A DNA stretch of 61,953 nt, the filler included, from Bipalium vagum (lineage: Eukaryota): NCBI GenBank assembly GCA_037834085.1. It is 3 parts of 3 records of this genome, joined end to end, with 100 filler letters (N's around TTAATTAATTAA, not from the genome) between each part and the next. Parts side by side here need not be neighbours in the genome. Positions count along the whole stretch, not along the records: positions 1 to 18,070 come from JBBMKC010041718.1; positions 18,171 to 43,927 come from JBBMKC010178746.1; 1 more part is not named here. One strand, written 5' to 3'. The translations under genes were made by a program, and so were the position numbers. Numbering within the stretch: position 1 is the first letter of the stretch; the number at the start of each line of letters is the position of its first letter. Shown piece by piece: positions 14,636 through 33,100 of the stretch. The notes beneath the pieces are model-generated. The model saw only the letters and a program-made list of their open reading frames with translations, was not told where the DNA came from and did not search any database.

Positions 14636-15110
14636 ATGAATAAATCAATATCAATAAAGGAAAAGGCAGAGATAGTTCGACATTTTTAATCCTTCCTAAA
14701 TGCAAAACATTTAAAAATCTTCAATAAAATTTAAAAACCAGATTAATATGAGAAATGTCGTTAATTATATTAAAGATAAAGAAAAGATTTTGAAAGCAGA
14801 AGCACATTCTGCTCAAGGCAAAAATTGTAGTAAACTTACATTTCAAATTACCGACAAGAAAATAAGTCTATGGTTTGAAATGATAAAAACACAAGGAGTA
14901 TGATATGACGAAAAGTTAATTAAAGAAAAGGTTTTTCCAGTTTTATTTATATTTATTATCAATTTTTTTAATTAAAAAAAAAAAGAAATAATCAATTTTA
15001 TTATTATGATACTATGTAATCACAATGCTTACCTCTTAAATTTGCAACTCCTAAATTTTACAGCATTTTTGGTCCATTCCAAAACTGGTAATTCAAAGGG
15101 AGTTAGCTAT
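14636..15110 (+). mobile_element. Tigger/pogo remnant (CENP-B-type HTH N-terminus plus terminus)
   Basis: MNKSISIKEKAEIV and DKKISLWFEMIKTQGV..DEKLIKEK resemble the CENP-B_N and HTH_Tnp_Tc5 domains; TIR-like end near 15110. Confidence 0.55.
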
Positions 15111-15141
15111 AGTTATATATTTATAAGTAGAAGTTAGGTTA

Positions 15142-15191
15142 TGTGATAATTGTGTTGGGTTTTGAAAAAATAATAATTTTGAATATTAATA

Positions 15192-15244
<53 letters not shown>

Positions 15245-16074
15245 TTCTGATTAATAATAATAATAATAATGGCGATTTTCGAATAATATTCATAAGGATT
15301 TTGTTTTTGAAAAAATATTAATGATAGGAATTTTTCTTTGAGAGAAAAATGAATTTTTTTATCATTTCTATAATGACAAATCCCGCCGTGTGGATTATTT
15401 TTTTGATCAGGCTAATGGATTCCTGTCAGGTGTAGAGATAGTGAGAAGAAGCTACAATACCCAAACTCATTGGTGATCGTAGACTAATCCCTACGCCTAT
15501 AAAAGGTGACGGCTATTCCCGTTAAGTTGCCCAAAAATCCCAGAGCAAAGATTCCAGAGCAAAAATTCCAGAGCCAAGAGTTTCAGAGGACGCTGCAAAA
15601 TTTCAGGGGATGCTGTTGAAGGAATCAAGAGGACGACCACAATAAATGTTTTACCCATGTCCAAAATTATGCAAACGGATTCTTTTACAAGGGGACCCCG
15701 CGAGTTAGGGAGCCCCTAGGCGACCTGAGAAGGGCCTAGAGGGTGACCCGAGGACCCCTTGTCGCTCTCGGTGAGATCGATTTTGATTATTTTTATTTTT
15801 TTTCGTTTTTCTTATTAAATTATTATCATTATTAAATTTAAATTCCGTAGTAGCGAGATTTCAGTTTATCCATAATAACATTTCTTTTGTGATAGATTTA
15901 ATATTTGTAATTGTTAATACAAATAAAGTTTTATTTTAAATATTTCGAATTGGTTATTGAGGGAGCGGATATTGTATAGTGGAGGGTGTTTTACATTCAA
16001 AGGAGTTGAGAGGGATTTCGAACACAAGTTACACAAAGTGAAGAGTCACGAGCAGACGAGCACACGTTACTACA
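15142..16074 (+). mobile_element. Putative solo LTR (~930 bp)
   Basis: Begins TGTGATAA and ends TTACTACA (TG...CA, imperfect inverted ends). Internal TATAAAA at 15498, ~14-bp tandem repeats (CCAGAGCAAAGATT-like, 15538-15610), a GC-rich hairpin and AATAAA at 15922. No clean target-site duplication seen. Confidence 0.5.
15197..15270. repeat. (AAT)n microsatellite
   Basis: Direct observation; one short interruption. Confidence 0.95.
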
Positions 16075-16262
16075 TTTTAGTATAATAGTAACAATACTTA
16101 TAAACCTCATAAACATTTTCTAAGGTTTTTTATTATATTTAATTTTATTTCATTAAAAATTTTACTCTTTACTGATTAAAACAAAAATATTAAGTAAAAA
16201 TTGAAATTTAATGCCTCAATAAAAAAATTTTAATTATTCGTTAAACAAAGGATAAATTTTAG

Positions 16263-17370
16263 ATTGTTCACGCCGATGTTATCTAATAAATTTGGAAATT
16301 GTTTCGTTTTTAATCCATATAATCTCTATAACCAAAGCTATATTAAAAAAAGGAGAAGTAGAAGTGAAGGTGAGACAGATTTCATGAAATTGACTTGGAT
16401 TATGAACCCTCTAGGACTATTTATTACGTTTTACTTACAAAGCGATGAATACTTAAGAAACATTATACCAATCACTGGTATTCGGCTTCATGTTCAACAA
16501 CCAAACTCAATTGAGATGCCTCCACCTTATGGTATGTACCTACCTCCTGGTTTTCAAATATCCCTAGGCATAAAACCTGTGAGTCATTGTTTTTTTTGAC
16601 ATTCCATGATTAGTTCAATTGAAAATTCATTTATTTTTTATTTTTAATATTTTATTTATTTTATAATCTTTTCGCACAGGAAATATCCGAAATGTCTTAT
16701 AGCTATAATATTAATTATTATAATTATAATTATTATAATTATTATAATTATTATTATTATTATTATAATTATTATTATTATTATAGTAATTATATTATTA
16801 TTTACTTTTTATTTATTATTCATATAGATTATATGATTTAATAAAGTTAAAAATTAAGTTAAAAAATTATTTCTATTGATTTTATTATTTTTGTTAATCT
16901 AATTATTTGAATTATAGTAAAAATATTGATTTTAACCGTAATTTGTAACATCTTGCTCTTTTAACTTAACTGTTGTAAATCATATTTAATCTCACAATTT
17001 TGTGAAGGAATAATTGCAAATGATTAACATAGAATCGCAATTTATATCTGTTATTATTTTCTTACATAGAAAAAAATTGTTTTAATTATATTTTTATAAT
17101 GACCATTTTTATTACCAGTTTTTATTACAAGAATAATTCTTTATTAAAATTGGTAATGCTTTCATTTAAGTTAGACAAAATAATTTTTATATATTTATGA
17201 ACATTAATAAATAAAAAAATTTTATTTTATATATAAAATCAATAAATACGGAAAATGTGCTCATAATTTGTAATATTTAGACAAAAATACGAAGACTTCG
17301 ACAAATAAGAAAAAATTGCGAGGATGGAATAAATTTTAAAAAACTATATAAAACTACATATACAAGAGAG
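16263..17370 (+). CDS. DEG/ENaC (amiloride-sensitive sodium channel family) gene, two internal exons: 16263-16578 and 17281-17370; partial
   Basis: Exon A (ttttag/gtgagt) has FGNCFVFN, GLFITFYLQSDEY, GIRLHVQQPN..P...GMYLPPGFQISLGI, diagnostic of the DEG/ENaC extracellular domain. Exon B (atttag/gtattt) joins in phase 0: TKIRRLRQIRKNCEDGINFKKLYKTTYTRE, the start of the Cys-rich thumb. Other exons not identified or beyond the contig end. Confidence 0.85.
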
Positions 17371-17534
17371 GTATTTTATTTTATTATTTTATTATAAAAT
17401 AATTTTATTATTTTAAAAACTATTTTCAAACTTTTCTTGCATAAAATATTATTCCCAAATTTTATTAATTAACTCATTCTTATCAAATCTACAGGGTTTG
17501 AACTGAATTTCAATGAAATGAAATTTCAATTTGA

Positions 17535-17645
17535 AATGGGAAGATAAAATATTGATTGGTCACCAAGGCAGTCTGACCTTACTTCAATGTAGTTTTTTAT
17601 GGGATCATATTAAAAAATTAGTTTATGCGCAACAGATTCATGTAA
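17535..17645 (+). mobile_element. Short DD41D-like transposase C-terminal remnant
   Basis: Degenerate GR.NIDWSPR.SDLTSM.FLWDHIKKLVY, matching WPPRSPDLTPLDFFLWGYLK..VY. Confidence 0.55.
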
Positions 17646-17799
17646 TTGAAACTGAATCAGAGAAGAATGATGAATATTTTAGGTTGTTAAGTTAGAAATG
17701 CACATTTTAAATTTTATTGTGTATATTTGTCTCATTTGTAATATTTCATTAATATTAACTTTCATTTCATTCATTTCTAGTTGAAAATACGCTTAGAAA

Positions 17800-18060
17800 T
17801 ATGGATGGGTACAAATATATTTGTATGTGGTATGATTTCAAACAAGGAAAGACTGTTACAGAATCATGTCGACAATGTGTTTCATATTTCTATTAGTAAT
17901 ACTCAATACAGGAGACGATTTCAACGATTTAAACAGGAAATGTAAAGGTGAAAGATGATCAGCATGAAGGACGATCTCAAACGATCTCAATAATGATTTA
18001 AACGATCTCATTAATGATTGAAATCCTCGATACAATACTCAAGAATCATTTATATTCAAT
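17800..18060 (+). mobile_element. Mariner N-terminal HTH remnant
   Basis: MWYDFKQGKTVTES...FQRFKQENVKVKDDQHEGRSQT resembles mariner LYEF..G.....WF.RFK.G...L.D..RSGRP. Confidence 0.6.
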
Positions 18061-18070
18061 CGACAATATA

Positions 18071-18170
18071 NNNNNNNNNNNNNNNNNNNNNNNNNNNNNN
18101 NNNNNNNNNNNNNNTTAATTAATTAANNNNNNNNNNNNNNNNNNNNNNNNNNNNNNNNNNNNNNNNNNNN
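18071..18170. other. Artificial contig-joining linker (44N-TTAATTAATTAA-44N)
   Basis: Exactly 100 nt; the central 12-mer gives stops in all six frames; identical to 43928-44027. Confidence 0.97.
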
Positions 18171-19504
18171 ATACTTAAATTATATTTATACGATATATGA
18201 TAAGTAAGTTCACATTAGTTTTATAAATCTTGGCGCCTTAGCATTAAAGAATCATTTATCATATTTTGTAAAGTAAAATATAAAGTGTCTAATTAATTTG
18301 ACGTTGACTATATAAACACCACAAAAATAAATTAGAAAGATATGTTTAAATAAAAAGTTCTTAACGATTTTCCTCTGGTATTTTGAAATCAAATCAATTG
18401 AGAAATGTGGAAGAACGGGAAATAAAGGGGAGTAAAACGAAAATATCGATTGATTGAATCCTTGTATCAAAAATCAATTGATTTATGCTTATAAATCTTT
18501 CTGGGAAAAGAAACAATAAACTTTAAATTGTTAAGAAATTTTAACCAAAAAGAAAGAACTTCGGAGCTTGGTCTGACTTTAAAAATGAAATTCGATAATC
18601 AAATGGGACAAGAAATATTTGAGAAATCCTCGTCCAAAATATTTCTTTTTTCTCTTTCTCTTAACGGTCTTTCACTATGTGCTAAACACAGAACTTTTTA
18701 TTCAGAAATCAAACTAAATCGATCTCCATGTATACGTTGTCATTTATTTTTGTAAAACAGACTTTCGTTTTCAAAAATCAATGATTACCAAGAATTGTAA
18801 CACTTGGTAAAGACATTCAACACAAACAGAAGCATCTATTAAAAATCGATTTGTGTCATGTTTTAAATATTGATTTACACATTGGATGATTTTTTTAAAA
18901 AATCTAAAAATCATATCGTAGCTCTTCACATTTCTCAAATTTTGATATTTGAGAGCCCAAAATTTCCTTTAATTCATTCACGTTATTAAGAATTAAAACC
19001 CAAACTCTTGTGAATTTTTATTTATATAAATTTTAATATTAATTAATTAATTTATAAATGATCAAAACTTATTTTAAACTTTAAATTTTATATAATAAAT
19101 GAAAATAAAATAATATCATAAACTAGAGATAATACATGACCATTAAAATAATTAAAATAAAAATTAAACAATATTGACAAAAATAATTTTTTTCTTTCAA
19201 AATATTATATCAAAAAATAAAACGGGTAAGGAAATCTGGCAAGCAAAAATAATATGAAAGAAAATAGTAAAAAAATAATATTAAAACTGAACTATAAAAA
19301 GTTTAAGATTAATGAAAAAATAAATAAAAAATTTAATTAAAATAAAATTGTAAAGGTTATTAATTAACCAATAAAAATATTTTAAAAAATCATGTGATAA
19401 TATATATAAGTATAAAATAAAAAAAATTTAGATAATAGTAATATAAAAAATCAATAAAATAATAGAATTAAAAATAAAATTTTCTATAATTGTAAAATAA
19501 ATCA

Positions 19505-24640
<5,136 letters not shown>

Positions 24641-24666
24641 TGCTCAGAAAACAGATTTCATAGATT

Positions 24667-24725
24667 TGTTTATAATGTATTTACAAAGTTTGTTAGTAAA
24701 CTTAATTGTTTACAAATATGTTTAC
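24667..24725. promoter_or_regulatory. Cluster of four forkhead-type motifs (TRTTTAY) just upstream of the FoxK ATG
   Basis: TGTTTAT 24667, TATTTAC 24678, TGTTTAC 24707, TGTTTAC 24719, all in the same orientation, 27-85 nt upstream of the ATG. Confidence 0.4.
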
Positions 24726-27156
24726 AAACTAGTTGAATATGGTTACTTCCTTGATGGGTTGTTTTGTCAATTGATGCAGTTAAACAAAGATAATTACATT
24801 TATATTTATTAAAAAAAATTTATTCATTGAATTTGAGTGAATTTTTTTATTTTTGCAATTTAATACGAAAAATAATAAATGAATAATAAAAGGCGAAATT
24901 TAAAACCAAAAATTAAAATGAAATGAATGAGTTACGAATAACATTGAATATAATTATACATATTATTTTTGTTTTTATTTAGTTATATTTATAAAATTTT
25001 TTAAAATAAATTGGACAGAAGAACCACGAAAATTAAAAAAGCAAAAAATAAAATGTTGAGTTATATTAAAATATTTATAAAAATATACCTGAATTTATGT
25101 ACATATTAATATTGTGCTTACAATTCGTCATTGTCAATTTTAGTTTATAATCTGTTAATAAACTTTTCTTTTAGTCTTGTTTAAACTTTAATTAATTCAT
25201 TTTCATTTATTTTTTAATGTATAGTAATGGAAAATGATAATTTTTCCATTTGACTTCGCAGTGACTGGTCTACAATTTCACAACATTTTCCCAAAATCAA
25301 CGATAAGATTTTTGGAGGACAGAATAGAAGTTTTCTTTGTAGGAGAAACTTTGAAACCAATGTTTTTTCACAATAAATTATAAAACATTTTGATTCTGAT
25401 ATTATAACTTTGAGGTCAAAATTTACTAAGAATGTAACTTATGTTTCTTACGTGCTTAAAGAATGAATCAATATAAACACAAACGTTATTAATAAATATC
25501 TCACTAAGATATAATCAGTTAACACTAACAATCAAATATATCAAACACAAATGGTCAAAGTGTCGACAAAATAATTAACAATGAAACAATGATCTAGTGG
25601 TAGGTGGATCGATAATTGCCAATACATATTTCAATCAATAAAAAATTAGTTGCAAACGAATGAATAATTAAGTTACACAGTTATTCAAAATAATTAAAGA
25701 TAAAGTTTAATTATTATGTTACAAAAAGAAGGCTTCGGGTTAATCAAATAACAAATCAATAAAAACAAAAAAGAAAGGAAAGTTTTTTATTGTTAATATC
25801 TAATACTAGTTGTCCAGGCATTTTTTGTGTTAACTATAAAAGAAAAAAATGATTACAAAAAAAAAGAATCTAAAAATAGTAACCATTGTTAATATTCTAT
25901 ATTCAAAAATAATCAAATATCACTTAAGTCTATAATTTTTATTCCATCGAAACACAATCATTCGATAATTTAATGTCTCAAATTATCAAAATAGCTCATT
26001 TTACAACTGTAGTACTATCTCTAAATCTCTTTGGGTCACTGAACGTAAATATCAAAATTAAACCAAAAGAAAACAATAATAAATAAATAAGAAAAAATAT
26101 TATTATGGGTTACTTGAAAATTGAAAAAAATAGAAATCCGAAAGACAACTTTGGCTCAGTCAATCAGAGGACTATTCAAGTCTATTAAAACACCAACATA
26201 TAAATACTCGTTGCTCGGTATACTGAACCAATGCCCCAATTAGTAAGAAAGAAATTTTTTTCAAATCTTATATATTTTGTTGATTTTTTAATTTTTCGGA
26301 TAGCCATTGTGCATCTTCACTCTTTTATGAGATTAGAACAATTTTCAAAGCTATAAAATGGTATATGGCTTCTACTCATCTGATGAGACATTTATGCAAT
26401 TCAAAGTGGTGTATTTTTGAGCAGTGTTGCGGTCTTGGATAAAAGAAAAGTAAAAACTGATAACTGTAAATTAGATTTCTTACCGTGTCCCTGGTATTCA
26501 ATCATTTAATTATTCATTCAACATAGTGAGTTTTCATTAACTTTTGCAAAATTTAAACTATTATTATCATTAATCTTATTATTATTCCCATTATTAATCT
26601 TATAATTATTATTTCTCATTATTATCATCAATCCCACCATTTCACCTTTTGTGCCTTTAGCAAACCCAACACAATAATGCAACAGAAAACTTATTTATCA
26701 GTTATTTCAGGACATACAATTTCATAATAAAATACGACATTTTATAGTGGGCAACCTAATACTTGGGAAATTGTTGTTGGCTAAACTATTCTGTGCCGAA
26801 AATTTCCAAGTACATTCTACACAATGGATTGATTTTTGAACAGTGACTCTCGCTTTTACATTATCTGAAGGGCTTTGTGACTGTCGACAAGTGGGCAGCG
26901 CGGATTAAATGAAACCTCAACCAACCTCACCAAGCCACCAATTCAATCATAGAGATCAACGAAACAATTTATTTTCATAAAACAATTTCATGTGTGTGGC
27001 ATGATTGTATTTAGACAAAAATAAATAATAAGTTTTATTAACCACACGAGAGATATCATTTATACATTTAGGAAATAAAAAATTCAACTCGTTTAATTAA
27101 CATCATGATTGATTAAGAATCAACGAATCAGAGAACAAGTCCTAATCACAGGATTG

Positions 27157-30100
27157 TCAATAAGGTTTTGTCGGAGAGTTTTGAGCAAACGAAGTCAGAT
27201 ATCCGGCTGTTTCGACGGACCGACCTGTCAAATAACCCGCGACTTGAGGCGTATTCGTCAAATAGAGGTCGTGACTCTGATCTCTGAATTGTGACCACAC
27301 GGAACTGTTTTCCAGCATCGCCGTAACCTGATAACGAAATAATAATGAAGACATTTCGAAGTTGATAGATATAGAGATTGATTAAAACGATCAATTATTG
27401 ATCTTTATTGAGGATAATGGTAACAAGTATAACAAATAAAGTTTCTTTTAAGTATTTAATAATATGAAAAATGTGTTCGTTTTAGTTATGAAAAAAAAAA
27501 GAAAAAAAAAATTTTTTATAAATAAAAAACATAAATTAAGCAGGAATTTTATTCAGCACAGATTTTCGATTTTATAAATGATAATTGAAGTCATCAAAAG
27601 GTTGGTACATTAGTTCCCGCGTTTTTTAAAAATTGTCATTCTTGCTATTTTTAGGTTTGTTTTGTTGAAAAAAATAATTATTTTGAAAGTGCTTATTTTA
27701 AGCTACAAGCATGTAATCATTATTCATTCAATAACTTAATTATAAATATATGTTTTAAGTCTACAAATGGATATTCCAAGCAGAAAAAAAAATATTTTCG
27801 GCATTTATTATATTTTGCCTTTCGCGTGGTCAGAAAGCTACAGAAGCAGCACGGGACATTTGTGATGTCTATGGAGCTAATACAATAGGCGCGAGGACCG
27901 CTCAAGAACGGTACAACAAATTCAAAAAGGATAATTTTGATCTCGAAGATAAATTTCGCTCTGGTCGACCATCTGAATTCGACGAAGAACGTCTTCAAGA
28001 ACTTTTAAGGTAGAATAGTCGCCAAACATCCAGAGAACTTGCTGGAAACATTGGCTGCACTTATCCGACAATCCTCAAAAACCTTCATTCCATAGGCTTT
28101 GAACAAAAATTTGGAGCTTGGATACCTCATAAACTCAGCGACCAAGACAAAGAAAATCGTCTCCATATCGCAGCACAACATCTTGCTCTACACCGAGCGA
28201 CATGAGGCCACATGGAACGATTTCTGCAGACAATCGTCACGGGAGACGAGAAATGGTGCCTCTACGTCAATATGAGACAACGGAAGGAGTGAGTAGCTAA
28301 AGGAGTCACGCCTAAGCCAAGAGTAAAAAAAGAACTTCATCCCAAGAAAACAATGATATGTGTATGGTGGAACCGGGAGGGTTTAGTGCACTGGAAAATA
28401 CTTGAGAAAAATAAGACTATTAACAAAGAACTCTATGCAGCCCAGTTGCAAAGAGTGAACGAAGCTATCCAACTGAAAAGTTCAGATCGTCATGTCATTT
28501 TTCTTCATAACAATGCACAGCCACATACAGCGAATATAGTCAAAATAGCCCTCCAAGACGTCAAATGGGAGATTCTTCAACATCCGCCGTACTCTCCTGA
28601 TCTTGTGCCAACTGACTTTCACCTCTACCGTTCATTGTCCGATCAAATAAGTGGCGTGACATTCAACAACGAGGAGGATTTCAAAAGCTGGCTCTTTTTG
28701 GAAAGCTTAAGACAAATTCTTGTTTTATTTTATAAATTAAAATATTGAATTATTTTAAATTTGTAGAAATATTTAAAAATCCTGTTCCAAAATCTAACTT
28801 GTAATGTGAGTAAAAAAGAAATTTACCTTTTGCTTAACATTTACTGATTAGGTTAATCTCAAATTTTAACAAGATATGTCATTTCAAAGATATTTACAAT
28901 TCTGCTCAAGGAAGCTCACCAATTTTTCGATCTACACTTTCTTCACCCGTTCTGTTTTTTAGATCTTCATTTCCCAATCTGCACCACGGGAACCACTGAC
29001 TTTTACCAGTACATTAAGCAAAATAACGTTTTACATGGTTCACTAAGATTCTGTGATATATTTTAGTATGGTTAAAAACTGCTTCTAATTTGTTTCTGTT
29101 TTTATTTGGTAATTTTACTAAAGTGACAAAAAGTAAATTAAACCGATTGACTTTTTAAATTTTTGGTGAAATATTTATTGTTTTTCTATACATTTAATAA
29201 TCAATTTTAGCATTTGTTCACAAAAAAATTGATTTTTTTGATACCTGTTGTCCGTATGTTGGACTCCTTTGCATGGCTTTGAGTGCTTTGACCAAATACG
29301 CCTTTACTTGACCTGAATCTTTGATTCCACCCAGTACCGACCCCGATTCCAGCAAGCTGAGCACATATTCCACCAGTTTCACTTTAATGGCCTGTAAAGT
29401 TCACAGAGAAAGAGACGGAGAGAGAGAGAAACAGTCACCAATGAAATAAATCAGATCGATAAACAAATTAAACAACAAAAATTGATACTTGAGCGATCAA
29501 TTCGTCAGAACCAGATTGGAACAAGCGGAACAACGTTTCACCAGCCAAACCCAATTGATCAGGTCGGGCTTTCATGGCTGTCATCATAGGTCGAATAGTA
29601 TCGATCACAGCCATCGTTCCCACACAAAGCTTGAAAGAAACAGAGCGAGAAACACAAATTTAAAAAATCAATAAAAAATCGTACTTTGCTATTGGACATT
29701 TGGTGTGATATGAGCAAACCTGATTTTAAGATGGCTTCGCTGACGCCCGAATCGTTGAGAGTTTGAAAGACTTTGTGCACATATCCTTTTCGAGGTAAAG
29801 TATCCAGTAAGCCAGAATGGGAATTTAACAAATGAGCTAAGGCATTGGTGACTAGCTCCAAATGTTCGTGGGGAACGGAAGTGTTTAACGATTTTTGAAT
29901 GACCTGTCAGGAAATATAACCTTAAGAACGTTGTGTTGACAGAGCGGTTTTTGTGAAGGTGGATGATGGATGAGAGATTAATGGTTAAGAGTCATCAAAA
30001 ACAGTCGTGACATGATTGATTCCTAAGGGAAATTGATATTTTATTCATTGAATTCTCAAAGACATTAAATCATTCTATTTTTTCTCTTGTGGTTTGATTT

Positions 30101-33100
30101 TGATTATTATTTAAATCATGTAGTCCTTATACATCACGAAAATTTTTAATTTTTTTTACACTATGCTATGATTGATCAACTCCATTTATTGGAATTGAAT
30201 TGAGTTTTGAAATTGTAGGGATATTTTCAATCTATTATATTTAATTTTATTATTTAAAATTTTTTATTTTCATTATAATTCTCAATTATTTGAGATGGCT
30301 TTACTATTTAATTGGTTGATGATTTGTCTCTCACTTGACGAGCACTAAAATGTAAACCGTCTTTGGTATTTCATCACATCAAAAATACCAAGATAAATTT
30401 GATCAATATATTTTTGATGTTTTCAGTGATGCGTTTTCCATAAATAAAGCATAATATTCAGTATTATATTTTAATTTTGTCCATTATTCTTCTCATATAC
30501 ACCTTCACAAATTTTCATTTAAAAATATCTAGCCAATCGGAAAAAATATAATTAATAATAAAATAAAAAAATTATCAATGATATACAAAAAAATCAATAG
30601 AAAAAAAAGACTGACCTCGAACCATTTAACGAATAACTGATTGCAAAATTCATCGGGATTCCTGAGAGCCCAACCAGGACTGGCAACGTATAAGTGCAAA
30701 TAAACGCCACCAACACAAAATCCCGTATTGATTATCGATTCATAAGGAACACGGAAATCATCTGCCACACTCCATTTTTTGTTCGACTCTTTTTCTTGTT
30801 CCTCAAAATAACTGAAACCAAAAGAAAATAACGTTATCAATTTCAGATAAAATTGGTAACAATAAATAGCACTTACTATCATTGTCCAAAAATAACAAAA
30901 AAACGAAAAATTATTATTAATTTATTGATAAAATTAGTTTATATTTTTCTAAATTGAAAATTACTGTGAATAATTCAATAAATATCAGTAAAAAAATTAA
31001 TCAAATAATAATTATTACTTTTATAAATTAAAAATATATCAAAAGTATTGATAAATAATAATAAAATTATTAATAAAAAATATCAATCATCAAATATTAT
31101 ATTAATTGAAATATAAATATAAATATTATTATCATTGTTATTATTACAATATAAATAAGTAATTGGTACGATTATAAGTTATTAAAAGTAAAACAATATA
31201 ATAATAATAAATTCCTTAATTATTATCAAAATTAAAATTTTAAGTAATGGATATTTCCAAATAATATCCAGGACACTATTAAGTAGTATCCCCAAAGAAC
31301 CTTTAATATTTATTAATAAATTAAAAAATAATTGAAAAAGATCATTAATAATTAAGTCACAAATAAAATTATTTCATATTTCTAAACTAATATGAATAAT
31401 AAAAAAATAAAAATTAATTATAAAGTAATATAATAAAGTAAAATATGAATATACATATATTAAATAAATATTAAAAAAATCATTATTTAATTTACAAATC
31501 TATTATTCCTTTAATATTAATAATAGTACTAATAATATATTCTAATTACTAAAATAAATTTATTTATATATTTAAAAGTTATTAATTTTGATATAATCTT
31601 ATTTTAAATTTATCAGTAATTAAGAAAAATTATAAAAAATTAGTAAAATAATAATTTTTATTATTTATAAAATAAAAACTGAAAAATGGTTATTATTAAA
31701 TTTTCGAAAAATTTATAATTAATATTATTTATTAGAAATATTATTATTATTATATAATTTGAAAAAAGAACTTTTTATATTTAAAGGTATGATATTTATT
31801 ATGCTTTATTGTTATTAAATATACTTTTAATAGTATTATTTATTACAACTTTAATATAAAAAATTTAAATTTAAATATTTTTTAGCTATTAATGAAAAAT
31901 AAATATTATTAACAATAATTTTAAAAGAATAATAATTAAAATAAAAATTATTATCATCGATTTGTTCGATATAAAGAAAATCAAGAAGAATATTACATGG
32001 ACTTTTTTTCACAGACAATTGAAGTTAAACACTGTCGAGTTTCGTCGTTCCAAATCAGTTCTGGATTTTCATGTCGGTCTAATTAAAGAAAAAAAAACAG
32101 TGGTCGGTAATATCTCTAAAAATCAATCAAATTAACAAACTGTCATAGAGGTGAATAAAGGATTCCGGATTGTCTTTCATGGCATCGAGAAATATCATCG
32201 GCAGAAATTGGAGAAGAATGGCACGAATTCGGTGACCGACCAATTTATCGGTCATCATTTTGCCAAACAGTGTCGCTGCCGTCACTCGAACTTCGGATTT
32301 AGGAGAGGTGCACAAAACGCCGAGAATGTATATCAGGGAACCTGAACAATTATTATTCACTAAAGAGATAGAGAGAGAGAGACGAAAAGACAGACAAAAA
32401 TAGGGAAAAAAAGTGAGAAAAAGATAGGAAAGGAGGTAGGAAGGAAGAAAGCGAGGAAAAGAAAAATTGATTTAGACAAATAGAAGGAAGTAGAAAGAGA
32501 GGAAAAGGTCGATTAAATGTCACAAAATCAAACATAAAATTAATGACCTCGATAAACCAATTCTTTCAGCAGATTTGTGACCGATGATATTCTCGAGATT
32601 GTGTCCAAGACCAAAGCCTGATCTGTTGATGAAAAAAGAGCCGAAAAACAATTATTATCGATTCAGAACTTATTTTATCGATCACTCACTTTGAGTCAGA
32701 GTTTCCAAGAGTCGAACCAAATGATAAAGCACATTGGAAGCTCCAATATCATCTAAGCATTCTTTGCTGGGAGTTACGGACTTGACAACCTGATAAATTT
32801 TGAGAGAATATAAAAAATCGATATATAGAATATTCAATAGAGGCAAATCGAACTCGAAGAACAAAGAGGAAAGTGCACTTAAAGAAAAAATTACTTACCT
32901 CGACAGCTGCTTCTTGAATGGACGGAAACAATCGATATGACATTATAGAAAAAAGCATTTTAAAGTGTCCAATCAATTGAATATTGATTTCCGGATGTGT
33001 TTTGATTACAGAGACCAGAGCTTCGAGAGCAAACTGAATTTTCTGAGACCGTTTCAGCACTTCATTGTTAACAGCTACAGATCCCGTTGAAGACGTTGAA

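Noticed and set aside
15538-15610. CRISPR-like array
   Set aside because: Short ~14-bp head-to-tail repeats without unique spacers, in eukaryotic DNA with no cas genes.
18115-18126. TTAATTAATTAA palindrome as a biological element
   Set aside because: Centred in 44+44 Ns and repeated identically at 43972-43983; an assembly spacer.
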